A DNA stretch of 64,000 bases, taken from Chiloscyllium plagiosum (Eukaryota). The stretch lies in assembly GCF_004010195.1 (NCBI RefSeq), contig NC_057719.1, positions 33,903,981 through 33,967,980 on the forward strand. The letters run 5' to 3'. Numbering within the stretch: the stretch's first letter is position 1; each line of letters starts with the position of its first letter. Below are positions 35,901 to 49,292 of the stretch, piece after piece. The notes under the pieces are model-generated. The model was given only the letters and a program-made list of their open reading frames with translations. It was not told the origin of the DNA and did not search any database. Both the position numbers and the translations under genes were made by a program.

Positions 35901-38019
35901 TTGAGTGGATACATCCAGGCTTGGATTGACAACTAATAAAGAGCATTCATACCACATAGGTAGCAGGTATTGATTCTCTTGAATGAAAGAAGTCCCAGCC
36001 ATTTTATATTTGATTTTCAATACTGTCGCTAACATTAGGTTTCCTGACTTGGAGTTCAAAATATTGATCAGAAGCTTATTTAGATATATGAACCAGTGAC
36101 TATAAAAGCAGTATTAAAGAAATAAGAAGCTATCTTCTTGGTCCTGTAAAGCTACTTCACCATCCAGATACCCATGTAAAGAGTGTGAGGAAATACTCAC
36201 GCTTCTGAGAATAAATATATCTGCCATACCACTCAAAACTATCCACAGAGCAGATGTTACATTAGTGTCCCTGTCATTAGGCTTAATATCTCCAGAGATC
36301 AATGACTACAGAATGCACTGCTGAAACTCATCATAGTTACTTTGTCATACTTCTATATATTTTAAACTCCGCCACCATGAAGAACAAAAAGCAGCAATGT
36401 CACCCGAATGCTATCACCTTCAAGATTCCTTCTGAGCCACGCATTCCTGAATTTAGACATACACTGATGCTTTTCAATCATCATTGGGTCAATATCCTGG
36501 ACTTCCGATCAAATATTATTAAGGGAGCACCAGCACCAGAAGGAGTACAGTGGTTCAAGAAAAAGACCCACAATCATTTTCTCATACTGTTAGACGATGA
36601 AAGTGGCTTAATTAGTGTTGCTCAGATTTTGTTCAGTTTTTTTAAAACTTTGGACTCCAAGATTGGTCCTAACAACCTAAGACCACCATATTAATATACC
36701 TTCTAGAAAGGAAAATTAAAGAAACTAGGCTAATTAAAAGCACATTCCATTTCCCAAAAAATGAAGTTATTCCTGGAATAAGAAAATGTGTAACCACCAC
36801 AATTTATTTGAATGACTTCAGCAAAAACTTCCAAAATCACAGAGGACTTTTCAACTGGTAAAGTAATTATCCACTTAATCAGTAAAAAGACTGACACATC
36901 GACATAGAAATCTAATTTCCCAAGTGGTTCCATTCATAATTAAAAATCACACTGTTATTCATGTTTATCGGTGCACTGCAACTTATAGATTAGGCACTGC
37001 ATAAAGTGATCAAAAGCACCATCCAAATGAAAAGCTAAGTTAACAAAAGGGACACACACCCAAAGGCAGTTCACACATTCTTAATGAATTTAACATATTT
37101 GCTAAGTAGGATTCCAAGGTACATAAATCCAGTCAAAACTCATTACTGTGAAACTCAATAATATTAGAAGCCACGTAATATGTATTTAAGACTATCAATT
37201 CAATAGTTACTTGATCTCTCAAACTTAGTAATAAAAGCTTTGAACAACATGAACTATTAAAATTCAGCTCTTGCTGATAATTTTGATTCCTATTAGTCTA
37301 CTACTGTATTCCTATTCTGCAACATGCTGGTGTATTTTTACTGCACATGAAGCAAATGTAATGATTCCACGGGTCAGCTTGAAACTGATGGTTTCAGATC
37401 AGCTGTTTCAGGAGGTACAAAAATCAGGCAAATTATCTAAAGGGTGCACAACTCGTCAATTTTTTGCCAGTGGTGTAAGTTCAACTCTATTCCTCAGCTT
37501 CATCGGTTTTATCACCAGTAAGTCGTAAAACTGATGATATTGAAGAACTAGGTCTGAGCACATACTTGACAGAAAATCACAAATGGATACATTTATTGAA
37601 TTAATTCTGCCATTGCAGAGATTCATTGAAAACTCATCTTCATCTTATTGAGTGCTCAGGGGCTCAGAAACCTCCAGGAAACTATAAGCTGAAATAGATG
37701 TTTATTATTAAAGCTTTGGCAATGTAGATGTTGCTATCTGCAGGCTTAAAAGATTCAGAATGCAGATGCTGGGAATCAAGATTCGTTCACATGTATACAC
37801 AGAACTGCCCTCCGCTAGGAAGAGAGCAAACTTCCCTGCAGAGAAAGCTCAAACTTTAATCTACTGCTATGGGGCAAAAACTGCGCTCTGTGGAGCTTGT
37901 CTCAGAATTGCCTGAGCTCCTATATTGTTTTTATTCTCTTAACCAAGATTTTCCTTCATAAAACTATCTCAATGCTCATAGGCTTACGTTAGTCCCAGTC
38001 CTGCAAAATTCAATCTTCA

Positions 38020-38245
38020 AATAAGCACAGAAAATGTTGGAAAAGTTAAGCGACTTCTGTGGATAAACAGGATTACATTTCAATTCATTGATCATTCATC
38101 AAAAGTTGTGTTACTGAAAGGTCATTGTTGAAACATTAACACTGTTTGTCTCTCCACAGATGTTTCCAGCCCTGCAATGTGAGTACTTTGAGCATTTTCT
38201 GTTCAGACTTAAGATTTTCAGTATCTGGATTATTTAACTTCTGTA
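38020..38245. mobile_element. Old palindromic family D element
   Basis: GAAAGGTCATTGTTGAAACATTAACACTGTTTGTCTCTCCACAGATG with a degenerate inverted left arm. Confidence 0.5.
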
Positions 38246-38689
38246 CCTCAGTTCTCATCCTTGCTTTCAAATTCATCTGTAATGACACTCCTCCCACTCT
38301 TCAAGCGTTTCAGGACTGGAACATAGGAAGATACAACAGGTTCATTGGTGAGCTTGTTATTCTGTTTTAGAAATCATGGCTGATCCTGTAAATCATGCTG
38401 TAAATGTCTCATAGATAGTTTCTTCTATGAAACATTAGAGGTACAAGCTATTGCAGAAAGACTGAAACATAAATGTAAATTATTGTTGCTTTAACAGAAG
38501 TTAAATAAAGGATCACCTGCCTCAAAAAAATTTTCTTTACTTCAGGAATCAAACATTAACTCAGGTCCCTTGTGCTTAGTTTGCTCTGCAACATTAGAAA
38601 CTGTAGTTATCTTGTCTCTGCTCCCGATCCCCAGTGCCTTTCTCCCTCACCTTTAATTGTCTCCATTGCCCTTAATAGAATTTGCCTAT

Positions 38690-38808
38690 TATATATCCTA
38701 ATCAATCTGTTCAGATATGTTGTTATACACCTTTGGAGCTGTTCGGATTTGAACCCAGGCTCCTGGCTCAGAGGTAGGGACACAACCATTGTACCACAAG
38801 AGCCCTAA
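38690..38808 (-). mobile_element. Short (~115 bp) tRNA-derived SINE, third family
   Basis: Minus strand GGGCTCTTGTGGTACAATGGTTGTGTCCCTACCTCTGAGCCAGGAGCCTGGGTTCAAATCC (A/B-box-like); similar copies at 39245-39350 and 57790-57902. Confidence 0.75.
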
Positions 38809-39117
38809 CTTTAATTGACTTTGTATGTAAATTAATCAATTGAAAACATGCACGTTTCAATCGTTAATAGGTGAAAATTGCCACAAGTGATTTGTTGATT
38901 GGAAAAGCTGCACAGTTGTGCAAGAATCCACTTCTGGACAATTTGTTTTTAAAAAATTGCAGTAATTAGTGTCCTCAAATAAGTATCCATCATGATATGG
39001 TAGATGCAAATGGTGGATTGCTGCAACATGTGCATGTATTACAGTATTAGCAGGTGAAACTTTGGTAGTAGTCTTTGAAACATTACAAAACCTTTATAGA
39101 TATTTTCTTAATATATT

Positions 39118-39240
39118 GTCACAACCACCTGATGAAGGAGCAGCGCTCCGAAAGTTGGTGCTTCCAATTAAATCTGTTGGACTATAACCTGGTGTTTTGT
39201 GATTTTTAACTTTGTACACCCCAGTCCAACACCAGCATCG
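39118..39240 (+). mobile_element. Penelope-related mini-element, family B monomer
   Basis: CACCTGATGAAGGAGCAGCGCTCCGAAAGTTGGTG followed by a body matching 28200-28282. Confidence 0.85.
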
Positions 39241-39244
39241 CTGA

Positions 39245-39350
39245 TTTACTTATTCAAACGTGTTATAATCCATCTCTGGAGCAGGTTGTACTTGAATTTG
39301 AGGCTCCTCACTCAGAGGTAGTAACACTACCACTATGTCACAAGAGCCAG
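39245..39350 (-). mobile_element. Short SINE, third family
   Basis: Similar to 38690-38808 (CTCAGAGGTAG..ACAC..CACAAGAGCC). Confidence 0.65.
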
Positions 39351-40394
39351 CTAGCTCTTGATATGACATTATATATACACTAAACAATAATAATGATAAT
39401 AATAGTCAGTAAATATTTTAGTATCTTTTTAGATATATTCTAATCCGCTTGTTAAGAGATGTTATTACACACCTTAGGAACAGGTGAGACTTCTGACCTT
39501 CAATAAATTCTGAACTGAAAGTGTTTCATTCACTAATTGCATCATCCTTGTTTCATTGGATTATACCTGTATTAGGATGAGCTAATTATCTATTGTTTAG
39601 ACACCAATATCCTTAAGTGGATCTGTGCTTACAGAAACTAATTGCTCACTGGGATGCGAAACTGATGTTTTGTGGGGAAATCACAGTTTCTTGAGATAAC
39701 AGGAACATAAATGTAAGCAGTTATCACAATTCCATTTTGTCTGAACAGAGGATCGTAAAAATGATGTTAGAACACTTTGAGCAGAGATCATCGATTGTGA
39801 AATAGGACAAAGTAACTATAATACTGGGAAGAAGGTCACTGACTTAAAACATTGATTCTGCTTTCTCTCACAGAGACTCTGAACATGCTGAGTTTTTTGA
39901 GCAGCTTCTGATTTTATAATAACCTGAGTCACTCACAGAACAGACTGAGGGATGAGGGATTCCATCATAACAGCTCAGACCTCCAGGTCTGGCGATGATG
40001 TTCTGTTGTCTCTCTGTGTCATACTGCATATAAATTCCATTGAGTTTGAGTCTGACCTCTGTTTAAACACATTTATTTCAGATGTTTGAAGTTATCAATG
40101 ATACAAGCAAGATCCAATGTAGTGAATACGTGCAAGGAATTCACATTTCTTGTGTGTGACTTTAGGGCTTCTATTGACTTTTTTTACTCTTGTAAAGAGG
40201 ATGTCATTTCTCTGCTGTTGGGAAGCTGGGACTGCTTCCTCTGACCCTTCTCACTGATACTTCTGCTAATTCTGCTTAGTGCATGGCCCTATGATAATGT
40301 CAAGGGCTCACCAATTAACTTGTGCCAAATAAGTAAATATGGAGCTGATATCATTTCACAGTAGTGGTTCAGACTTTTTGGAAATTATTTAATA

Positions 40395-40835
40395 GATGTG
40401 GAAGTCATGAATTGGCCTAGCCATTGTAGCCCATCCCTAATTGGCTTTGGGAAGGTGATAGTGAGCAACCTTCCTGAAGTGTTACAATCTGTTTTGATTG
40501 CCAATGGTGCTGTCTGGTTTTATTCCTTTTCAACTTTTCTATAGTGGGTTATTGCAAATGAGTGATATGTAGGTCATCCCTGAGGACAGTGAAGTGAACT
40601 ACATTTCTATCAAATCAAGTCATGGGCATCCCTAAAAGACATTAGTGAATCAATTGGATTTTTGCAACAGTGATAGTTTTGTGTCACCATTGCAGAGACT
40701 AGCTTTCAATTCCAGTTTTTAAATAAATTAATTGAATTTAAAATGTACCAGCACCTCCAGTTGTATCCAATGCCCCAGAATACTGGCTGAGAGCTCAGGA
40801 TTGCTAATTCAGTAATATTATCACTTTGCCACCAT
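40395..40835 (-). mobile_element. Second SINE family copy
   Basis: Minus head GATGGTGGCAAAGTGATAATATTACTGAATTAGCAATCC; core CACTAATGTCTTTTAGGG; tail TTAGGGATGGGCTACAATGGCT. Confidence 0.65.
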
Positions 40836-40837
40836 CT

Positions 40838-41160
40838 AGAATCATAGAGTCCCTATAGTATGGATACAGGCCCTTCAGCCCAACAAGTCCACACTGACCC
40901 TCTGAAGAGTATCCCACCTAAACCCATTCCCCTACATTTACCCCTGATTAATGCACCTAACCTACATATTCCTGAACACTATGGGTAATTTAGCATGGCC
41001 AATTCACCTAACCTGCACATCTTTGGATTGTGGGAGAAAACTGGAGCAAACCCATGCAGATACTGGGAGAATGTGCAAACTCCACACAGACAGAGGCTGG
41101 AATCAAACTCAGGTCTCTGGCGCTGTGAGTCAGCAGTGCTAACCACTGAGCCACCGTGCC
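40838..41160 (-). mobile_element. HE1-type SINE
   Basis: Head GGCACGGTGGCTCAGTGGTTAGCACTGCTG; two copies of the internal unit; CR1-like tail. Confidence 0.9.
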
Positions 41161-41734
41161 AGAACAAGCGAAGAGAATTGCATCATGTGCTACTTCCTTC
41201 AGGCTCTGGGGATGCTGACATCCTGTGTGGGTTGAGGAGGCTGGGTTGGATTGAGCTGGAGTCCCTGTCTGCTCTTAAGGTGCAGTTATCATTATTGATA
41301 AATAGCATCTAAGAATGTTTCAAAGGGAATAATTACAAGGTGAGTTCTTATTGTGAATTTCAAGATTCAATAGAGGCAGTAAAGTGTGTCTCCAAGATGA
41401 CTTATGCTGCAGTGACACTGAGACAGAGGCACCAGGTTCAACTCCCACTTCAAGTGTTGATGACTGTCAAAGATGTATTTATAACAAAGCTAAACAGGCT
41501 GATTATCAACCAGATTGTTCTGAAATGCCAGGTGTTAAGAGCGGGAGAGCCTCTTACACAGCCTCATTTACTGCAGCTGGGATCCCCTCAGGATAGAGCC
41601 TCGAGTGGCGATAAACCTTTCCAAGAAAAACTAGCAAGCTACGGAAATAGGCATAAGCATGTGCCTTATCTTTCTCATGTGTCACCAGAATTAGCGAATG
41701 AATAAAGAAAGGTTGATGCTTCTTAGATCTTTAG

Positions 41735-42046
41735 GGGAAGCAATGGCCTAGTGGTATTATTGGTAGACTATTAATCCAGAGACCCAGGTAATGTCCTGGG
41801 GACACAGGTTTGAATCCTGCCATGACAGATGGTATAATGTGAACTCAGTAAAATCTAGAAGTAAGTGACTAATGATGACCATCTAGCCTACTAATGTCCT
41901 TTAAGGAAGGAAATTGCCATCCTTACTTGGTCTGGCCTGCACGTGACTCCAGACCCACAGCAATGTAGCTGACTCTTATCAATTAGGAATGAGCAATAAA
42001 TGCTGGCCCGGCCAGTGATGCTTTCATTCTACGAATTAAAAAAAAA
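41735..42046 (+). mobile_element. Second SINE family copy
   Basis: A-box TGGCCTAGTGG, B-box GGTTTGAATCC, core, CAATAAATGCTGGCC tail and A-run. Confidence 0.8.
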
Positions 42047-43276
42047 CCACATGCCCAAGAAAAGGAAGATCTTCAGTGGAGTGCAAGCAATAACTTGAAT
42101 ATGGAAGTCAATATTTCCAGCATCATTTTTATCCCTGTTATTATTTGTTGTATCAGAGTAGGAAATAGCACTTAAGTTGCACTTCTATACTTCATGGAAT
42201 TGGAATTTTGGTTTAAAAGAAGGGAATTTCCCAAAGGACTCTTGTGTTGCTGCATGCTAAACAGCACTTCATAAGGATTTCCGTAATGCAGATATTTTAA
42301 ACAACCTGTTCAGACATGTCATGGCACATGAAAACAAAATAAAGAGCTATGAAAGCTGGAGATTTGGAACAAAAACGGAAATTGCAAGAGAAACTTAGTA
42401 GGTCTGGCAGCATCTGTGTGTGGACTTCTCACTATCAATTCCTAAAATTTTTTAATTGTAAAATGTACGTAATGCGCTGGATATATAATTACAATACTGC
42501 AATTCCCAGGAAATTAGAGACCATTGAATTTAAGAATACAAATCTGCATGTTAATATGTTTTTAAACTCAATGATTTAATCAGATTTGGTTTAATTAAGT
42601 CTTTCTTCATTTATTACATGCACTTGTTGATTCTGCATTGCACAAATTGTTAGTTTACCAATGCTTTAAACAATGTGATTTAGTCATTTGGTAATATAGA
42701 ATTTAAGGATTGCTAAATGAAGACATATTCCACCAAAGCTTTTCATCACTTCTCCTGTTCCGCAGTACGCACGTTTGTTTTCCCCTTGAACCGGTATTCG
42801 TACAAATTGTTCTGATATGTACAAGATAAAAATCTTTGACCAAACAACAAAACATATTTTTTCGAGCAATATACCATATGATTTGTGGGAACTGAATACA
42901 TCAGCATAAAAGACACGGCAATGCAATTAACTGAGAAGTGTTTTTGAGTTGAACTGAATGAAAATGCATTTGTGAGTCTCAGCTCACAAATAAGACAATA
43001 TTTTCCACCTAAGCTTAATGTAAGTTATTCATAAAAGAGGAAGATGGATTGCTATTTTTGTGTTTCAAGTAACTGTGATCCCAACTATCTTAGAGAATTA
43101 CTTTGCACACATAATAGTTTTATGAGGAAAACTTTGTTCTTTCTACCTGCATAGTGTAGGGACCAATAGATGAGAAAGATGATGCGTCTCTAATCATAAG
43201 GATGGCAAGTGGAGAAGCCAGCTATCTGGTTGTCTATTTGACACACACAGTTTTTCACCTCATTACAAGTATTTGT

Positions 43277-43612
43277 GGGTGGAACGATGGCTCAGTGGTT
43301 AGCACTGCTGCCTCCCAGTACCAGGGACACAGATTTGATTCCAGCCTTGGGCAACCATCTGTGTAGAGTTTGCACATTCTCGCTGTGTCTGTGTGGTTTC
43401 CTCCAGGAGTTCTGGCTTCCTCCCACAATCCAAAAAGGTGCAGGCTAGGTGAATTGGCCATGCTAAATTGCCTACAGTATTCAGGGATGTGTAGGTTATT
43501 TGTATTAGTTAGGAGTAAATGTAGGGGAATGGGTCTCGGTGGGTTACTGTTTGGAGGGGCAGTGTTGAGTTGTTGGGCCAAATTGCCTGGATCCACAATG
43601 TAGGGATTCTAT
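43277..43612 (+). mobile_element. HE1-type SINE
   Basis: Head TGGCTCAGTGGTTAGCACTGCTGCC; core; tail TGTAGGGATTCTATG. Confidence 0.9.
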
Positions 43613-44999
43613 GAAGTATTTGGCTGAGTTACAAGATTAGGATATACATTTGTTCAGCAGAAATTCTATTTGAAGAATTAAGGTGGATTGTTGGCTTGGT
43701 TTGATTTGATAACTGTATGCAATAATAATAAATTGTGCTGTGATCTCTTGTTAATGTCTCTATGCTTGTTTGAACAAAAATGAGAGTTGGGAAGAGGTTA
43801 AAATCTCTCTTACTGAAACTACAGTTGTCTTGCATGTTTGACACTTTTATTGTGTTTTTTGGAATGGCAGTTTTCAAAAATAAGACTTGTAAATCGATTT
43901 CTTTCCACTGGCATTTCCACATTTTCTATTGTTATTATAAATCTTATTGGTTATGTGAATTATGAATACTGCGTGAATGGGGAAGGAAGCCAACGAGGTG
44001 ATTGAAAGGGCATGGAGGAAATGTAGGGGGGATGCTTAAGTCCTTTAGAATTTATCTTTCAAAAGGATTGACTATGATTTGTGATTCCTCAGGACTGGAT
44101 AACAATTAGTTATGGAAAAGCTGGCCTATCACCATAACATATTTGGGAAGGTTAGAGATGCTCAGCCCTTCAATGTAACTAGGTGCCTCGGTAGTGAAGG
44201 TGTGGATTCATTTCCAACACCTTTATCTCACTCTAGCAAAAATTGCCAGAGCCCAGAAAGAAGGCTTGAATATGAAATTGGATATCATCACCATTTTAAA
44301 TGGCTAATAAGTCCGTTTGTCTCAACAAAACTCAAGCCATTTGCATTGATTCAAGGAGTTCTATTTACAGCCCTGCTCTCAACTCCAAGCCTTTTGTGTT
44401 TTCTGCATCTAACCTACATCAGGCCTTTTAAGATGACTAAACTATTATTAGGAAGCATCAGTGCCCTAGAATGGGCATACAACTGTATGTATATCCCATT
44501 GCAATGACGTTCCAGCAGCAATTGTCTGCAGTCCTGTCAAAACAAGAACAGGCCGGTACAACAGGCTTCCAGCCTGATCAACCCTGCTACTTACCTTTCA
44601 AGCAATATTGCATGTCTTAGACAATGTTTTTCTCATGGGCATTTGGCAGCAGTCTGCTCATCTTCTCTTTTCACTATTAAGAATATATTTGATATCTATT
44701 AAATTTTGAAAAGAATATTGCAAAGGATATTGTACACGTTATGTGGAAGGAATAAAACATTTGACAATATTTTAATGATGTAACAAATAGCAGGAGATCA
44801 ATGAGTACTTCTGGCATGTTAGATCCTACTCTCATTTTCTACATTTATCTTGTCTAACCATGCATTTTGTAAGAGTGAATGGAGATTGAATGTGCTAAGT
44901 GACCAATTGGGAGAAGCACTTAGAGAGGGAGGGGTGGAATACAATAGTCCTTGTTCACATTGGTAGGGTTGTAAAGGTGGTTTCTTTGAAATACTTCAA

Positions 45000-45600
45000 A
45001 TAATTGAGAGTTAAATTAGAAAGCAGAAACTCCAAGGTAACAGTCTAGGGGATATCACCTGAGCCAGAGTCAAACTGGCAAGTGGTAAATAAAGGAGTGC
45101 ATTGTAAATAAATGTGTGGCTCAAAGATTGGTGTGGGTGGGATGTGGGACACAAATACTGTTCCAGTGGATCAGGCTTCTCTTGAACTGCACTGGAAACA
45201 ATGTTTTGGTGAAACAAATAAGTAAGGCTGTAGGGAGGGCTTTCCACTAATTGAAGAATGGAGGATGAGGGTTCGGGAGAGAGAAAATGTAGGCTTACAA
45301 AGAAAGTGGATATCACAGCACTACAGGACAACAATGTGGAAGAGAAGGAATTTCTTTTCTAAGGTTAGTGAATCTGAGAAATTCTTTACCCCAGAGGGCT
45401 GATGAAGCTGAATCATATTAGTATATTCAGTGCTGAGGTAATCATATTTTAAATCAGTAAAGGAATCAAGGGTTATAGGGAAAAGGCAAGAGATTGAAGT
45501 TGAGGATTATCAGATCAGTCATAGTCACATTGAACAGTGGAGCAGACTGGAAGGGCTGAATGATCTACTTCTGCTCCCATGTCTTTCTGGTCTGTGATTG
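45000..45600 (+). mobile_element. Old, heavily deleted CR1 remnant
   Basis: ORF1-like AATGTGTGGCTCAAAGATTGGTGT (NVWLKDWC) and 3'UTR GGGCTGAATGATCTACTTCTGCTCC. Confidence 0.55.
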
Positions 45601-47999
45601 TGTGAAACTTCCAATTGTCTTTATTCATTATCATTAACTGTATATTTTAAACACAGAAAATCAGAAAGCTAATACTGTACATGGGATGAAATTACAGTGC
45701 ATTTCTTTTCAAGTCTTTTTTCAATTTCTTTTCTCAAAATTTCTTTTCAAATTACAACCTTTATTACCTGGTCTTCAAGAAACATTGTAGTAAAGAAAGT
45801 GTAAATGCAATTCAATTATCATTTCTATGAGGTCTGTTGAAAGGTTAATTATGAGGAGAAGACAATACCAGAAAGGTAAAAAAAGGTAATCCAAATCACT
45901 TGGTATCTTCCTTTATAAAGTCAACAGAATTTTATAATTAGTATAACTATAATAGACAACTGTTCCCTCAAAGAACAAAATGAACATTTCCCAGATACAC
46001 TGTGCAAATGGGAAACAGTCAACAAAAGTCATTAATACTACATTAGATTTCACTAGTGAAGTGAGCCAGGATCAATGTTTTGCAGCTTGTAAAATCTTTG
46101 AAATGTAATCCAAATATTTGCTGAAATTTATTAAAATATTCTGTCATTAAGGGAATGTTTATGGAGAAGACAATTCAATGCTATGATTTAACAGTCACTG
46201 TACTCAGGTCCATTAGGCTAAATTAAGCAACACTAGAATGCAATAGAGCCAAATAAAATCAAAGCATTGTGTAATGGGAAGCTAATCAGTCTATCACAGC
46301 TGCACTGTCTCTCTCCAGGATTAATTCACATCATTCACACTTGCATTTCTTTCCAAATTCCTGTAATCTTCTTCTTCAGGTATTTATCTAACATTCTTTC
46401 AATAGATACTACTGAATATGTTTCCAAATGTGAATTTTAAGTTCTAATCACACATTTTCTAGTGTATTATTATTGGTTATTTTGTTAAATTGTTAAGTCT
46501 GTGCTTTCTGTATTCTTAACTGCTAATCTATTACCTTAATCTTTTTCTTCTTCATCTACATCATCTCGTAATTGTCCCCTAATGGTTGTACACTTTCTCT
46601 GACAATCCTTTTAATGTTAATATATCCATTGAAGACTTTTGGGTTGAGTTTAAGAAGCTCCTTTGGCTGGTATTGATGAAAAGATTTTCTAAAATTTGCA
46701 GAAGTATGTGTACAAGTTTGTATTTTGGAATGAAAGAGATAATTTTCGAAAACTGTTCTAACTTAGCATATTTCTTCATGAAGACTCCTCCCAGAAGTAA
46801 ACATGAAAGCAGTAATGTTGCACTGTCTCGTTTTCCCAATTGTATTTTTATTCCATATTAGTGAGCAATCCTCTGAAACATAATTTATTTTGCTGTTCCG
46901 GACAGTTTCCGACCCCAAATGGCTACAGTAAAAACCAGCCTCACATTGTTTTTGCAGGCAATTAATTTGCACTGAGGTGCAGAGTGGGATTGTAGGCAAA
47001 GTTTCAGATCACCACATCTGCAAGAAGACAAGGAGAAATCACAAATAAAGGCAGATGTTAAAAGGATAACACTCAAACATAGTTGCCACACTCTGATGTA
47101 TACAGTTGCCAAACACAATTAAGATGTATTGTCAGAGGCATTTCCTTTGTGTAAACAAGTCTGCTTTCGAACCTTTTAAAGATCAATGTTAACCCCTCAA
47201 AGTACAGGACCATAACAGATTATCAAATAATATGCATATTGGTGTTTTACTTCCAGGATTCTGCATCAACCACTTTTATCCAAATGCAAATGTAGATAAT
47301 ATTTTTCTTTGACAGCAATGTGAAAGAGAAAATAAGAGGTGACAAAGAGCAGGACAAACTTCTAGAGGAGAGAAGGAGGGAGGAACAAGCTCTTAACTGG
47401 AGGCCATATCTGACCAGGTTCTCAGATAGGAAGTGTGTCTAATCCTTCAACTTCAACAAGTTTGTCATGAGGGCCCCAGCCCTTATCAGCAGCTTTAAAG
47501 TGACCATTAATAAGAATGAGGAGGAAAGGAGGGACAAACAAAACATCCCCATTCTGGGCTAGTCTATATGTAATAAATACATCTAACCAGATTATCAATG
47601 AATGTCATTGATTCCCAATTCACTAACAGTCCCAACTCTTAGCTTCATTCTGTTCATGATTAACTTTATCAGAACACTAAAATGAAAGGTCTCACAAAAT
47701 AAATTGCAAAATGAATTATGCCCTATCATATGCAACAGTGTAGAATTTAGCTTTGTGCTTTCTGTCTGTGCCTGCTTTCCATATGCTTTTGCCTTAGTAC
47801 CCCAACCTGTTCAGTGCTCCTTGCATTACTCCTCCAGTGGCCGCAGCATTGTTGGTAGAAAGTTTCTGACTTTCACTGGTGAAGAATACACATAACCTAG
47901 TACCGTGAACCAGAGAGGCTCTAAGCTTTGAGGGTCCTGCTTTGAATTGTGCCACCTTGAAGTATGGACAGCAGCAATCTGGGCTCGTTAATGACAAGC

Positions 48000-48792
48000 G
48001 ACAGTAAGGTGAATGGGACCATATTAGAGTGGATCTACTGCACTTTCCTGCTCCATCAAGTTACTGCCATTTCCTCAGGGCAACAATTCTAGCAATGAGT
48101 CTTCTCCCAATTCCCATTGACTCCAGTTGTCCTTGAAGTCATGCTCAAACAAATACTGTCTGATCTTTGTAGCTCAACTCCTTCCTCTGTGTTTGGACTA
48201 AGGTTGTAATGAAGTTAGAATGACCCTGCAGAACTCAAACTGAGCATTAATGAGTGGATTAGTCTTTCTGATGACATTGTTGATTATCCTATCTAGCTAG
48301 CGTTCAACAGTAAACAAACAACAGTAATTTACTAGGCTGGACCTGCCCCAATTTTGTACAGGAGACATAGCAGGCAACTTTCCACTTTGTCAAGTAGATG
48401 CCAATGTTGTCATAGCACTGAAACACCTTAGGGGCATGGCTAGTTCTGAAACACCATATTATCGCCAGAATGTTGTTTGCTCCAATGGCCTTTACAATTT
48501 TCATTGTCTTCAGCTGTTTCTAGATATCAACTGGTTGAAGACTGACATTATGGTTTCTGGAATCTCAGGACAGGTGGAGATGGATTATGCATTTTACAAT
48601 TTTGGCTCAAGGCTGAAGCACGTGAATTCATCCTGTCTTTGCACCAATGGGCTGGACAGCCCCATCATTGAGTATGGGATATATTTGGAGCTACCTCCAT
48701 CTATTATCATCCCCCAATGTTCACAACCGAATGTGGCGGAATTGCAAAAGCTTAAATAATTGGATCTATTGGTTATAGGATTATTTAACCTA
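48000..48792 (-). mobile_element. Old LINE (CR1/L2-type) fragment
   Basis: Similar to 4180-4425; runs into the assembly gap. Confidence 0.5.
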
Positions 48793-49292
48793 NNNNNNNN
48801 NNNNNNNNNNNNNNNNNNNNNNNNNNNNNNNNNNNNNNNNNNNNNNNNNNNNNNNNNNNNNNNNNNNNNNNNNNNNNNNNNNNNNNNNNNNNNNNNNNNN
48901 NNNNNNNNNNNNNNNNNNNNNNNNNNNNNNNNNNNNNNNNNNNNNNNNNNNNNNNNNNNNNNNNNNNNNNNNNNNNNNNNNNNNNNNNNNNNNNNNNNNN
49001 NNNNNNNNNNNNNNNNNNNNNNNNNNNNNNNNNNNNNNNNNNNNNNNNNNNNNNNNNNNNNNNNNNNNNNNNNNNNNNNNNNNNNNNNNNNNNNNNNNNN
49101 NNNNNNNNNNNNNNNNNNNNNNNNNNNNNNNNNNNNNNNNNNNNNNNNNNNNNNNNNNNNNNNNNNNNNNNNNNNNNNNNNNNNNNNNNNNNNNNNNNNN
49201 NNNNNNNNNNNNNNNNNNNNNNNNNNNNNNNNNNNNNNNNNNNNNNNNNNNNNNNNNNNNNNNNNNNNNNNNNNNNNNNNNNNNNNNNNNNN
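48793..49292. other. Assembly gap (500 N)
   Basis: Run of exactly 500 N, suggesting an arbitrary-size scaffold join. Confidence 0.99.

Noticed and set aside
39126..39160. Active hammerhead
   Set aside because: Core and helices are intact but the triplet reads UUG and the AGCT palindrome is lost, so it is predicted non-cleaving
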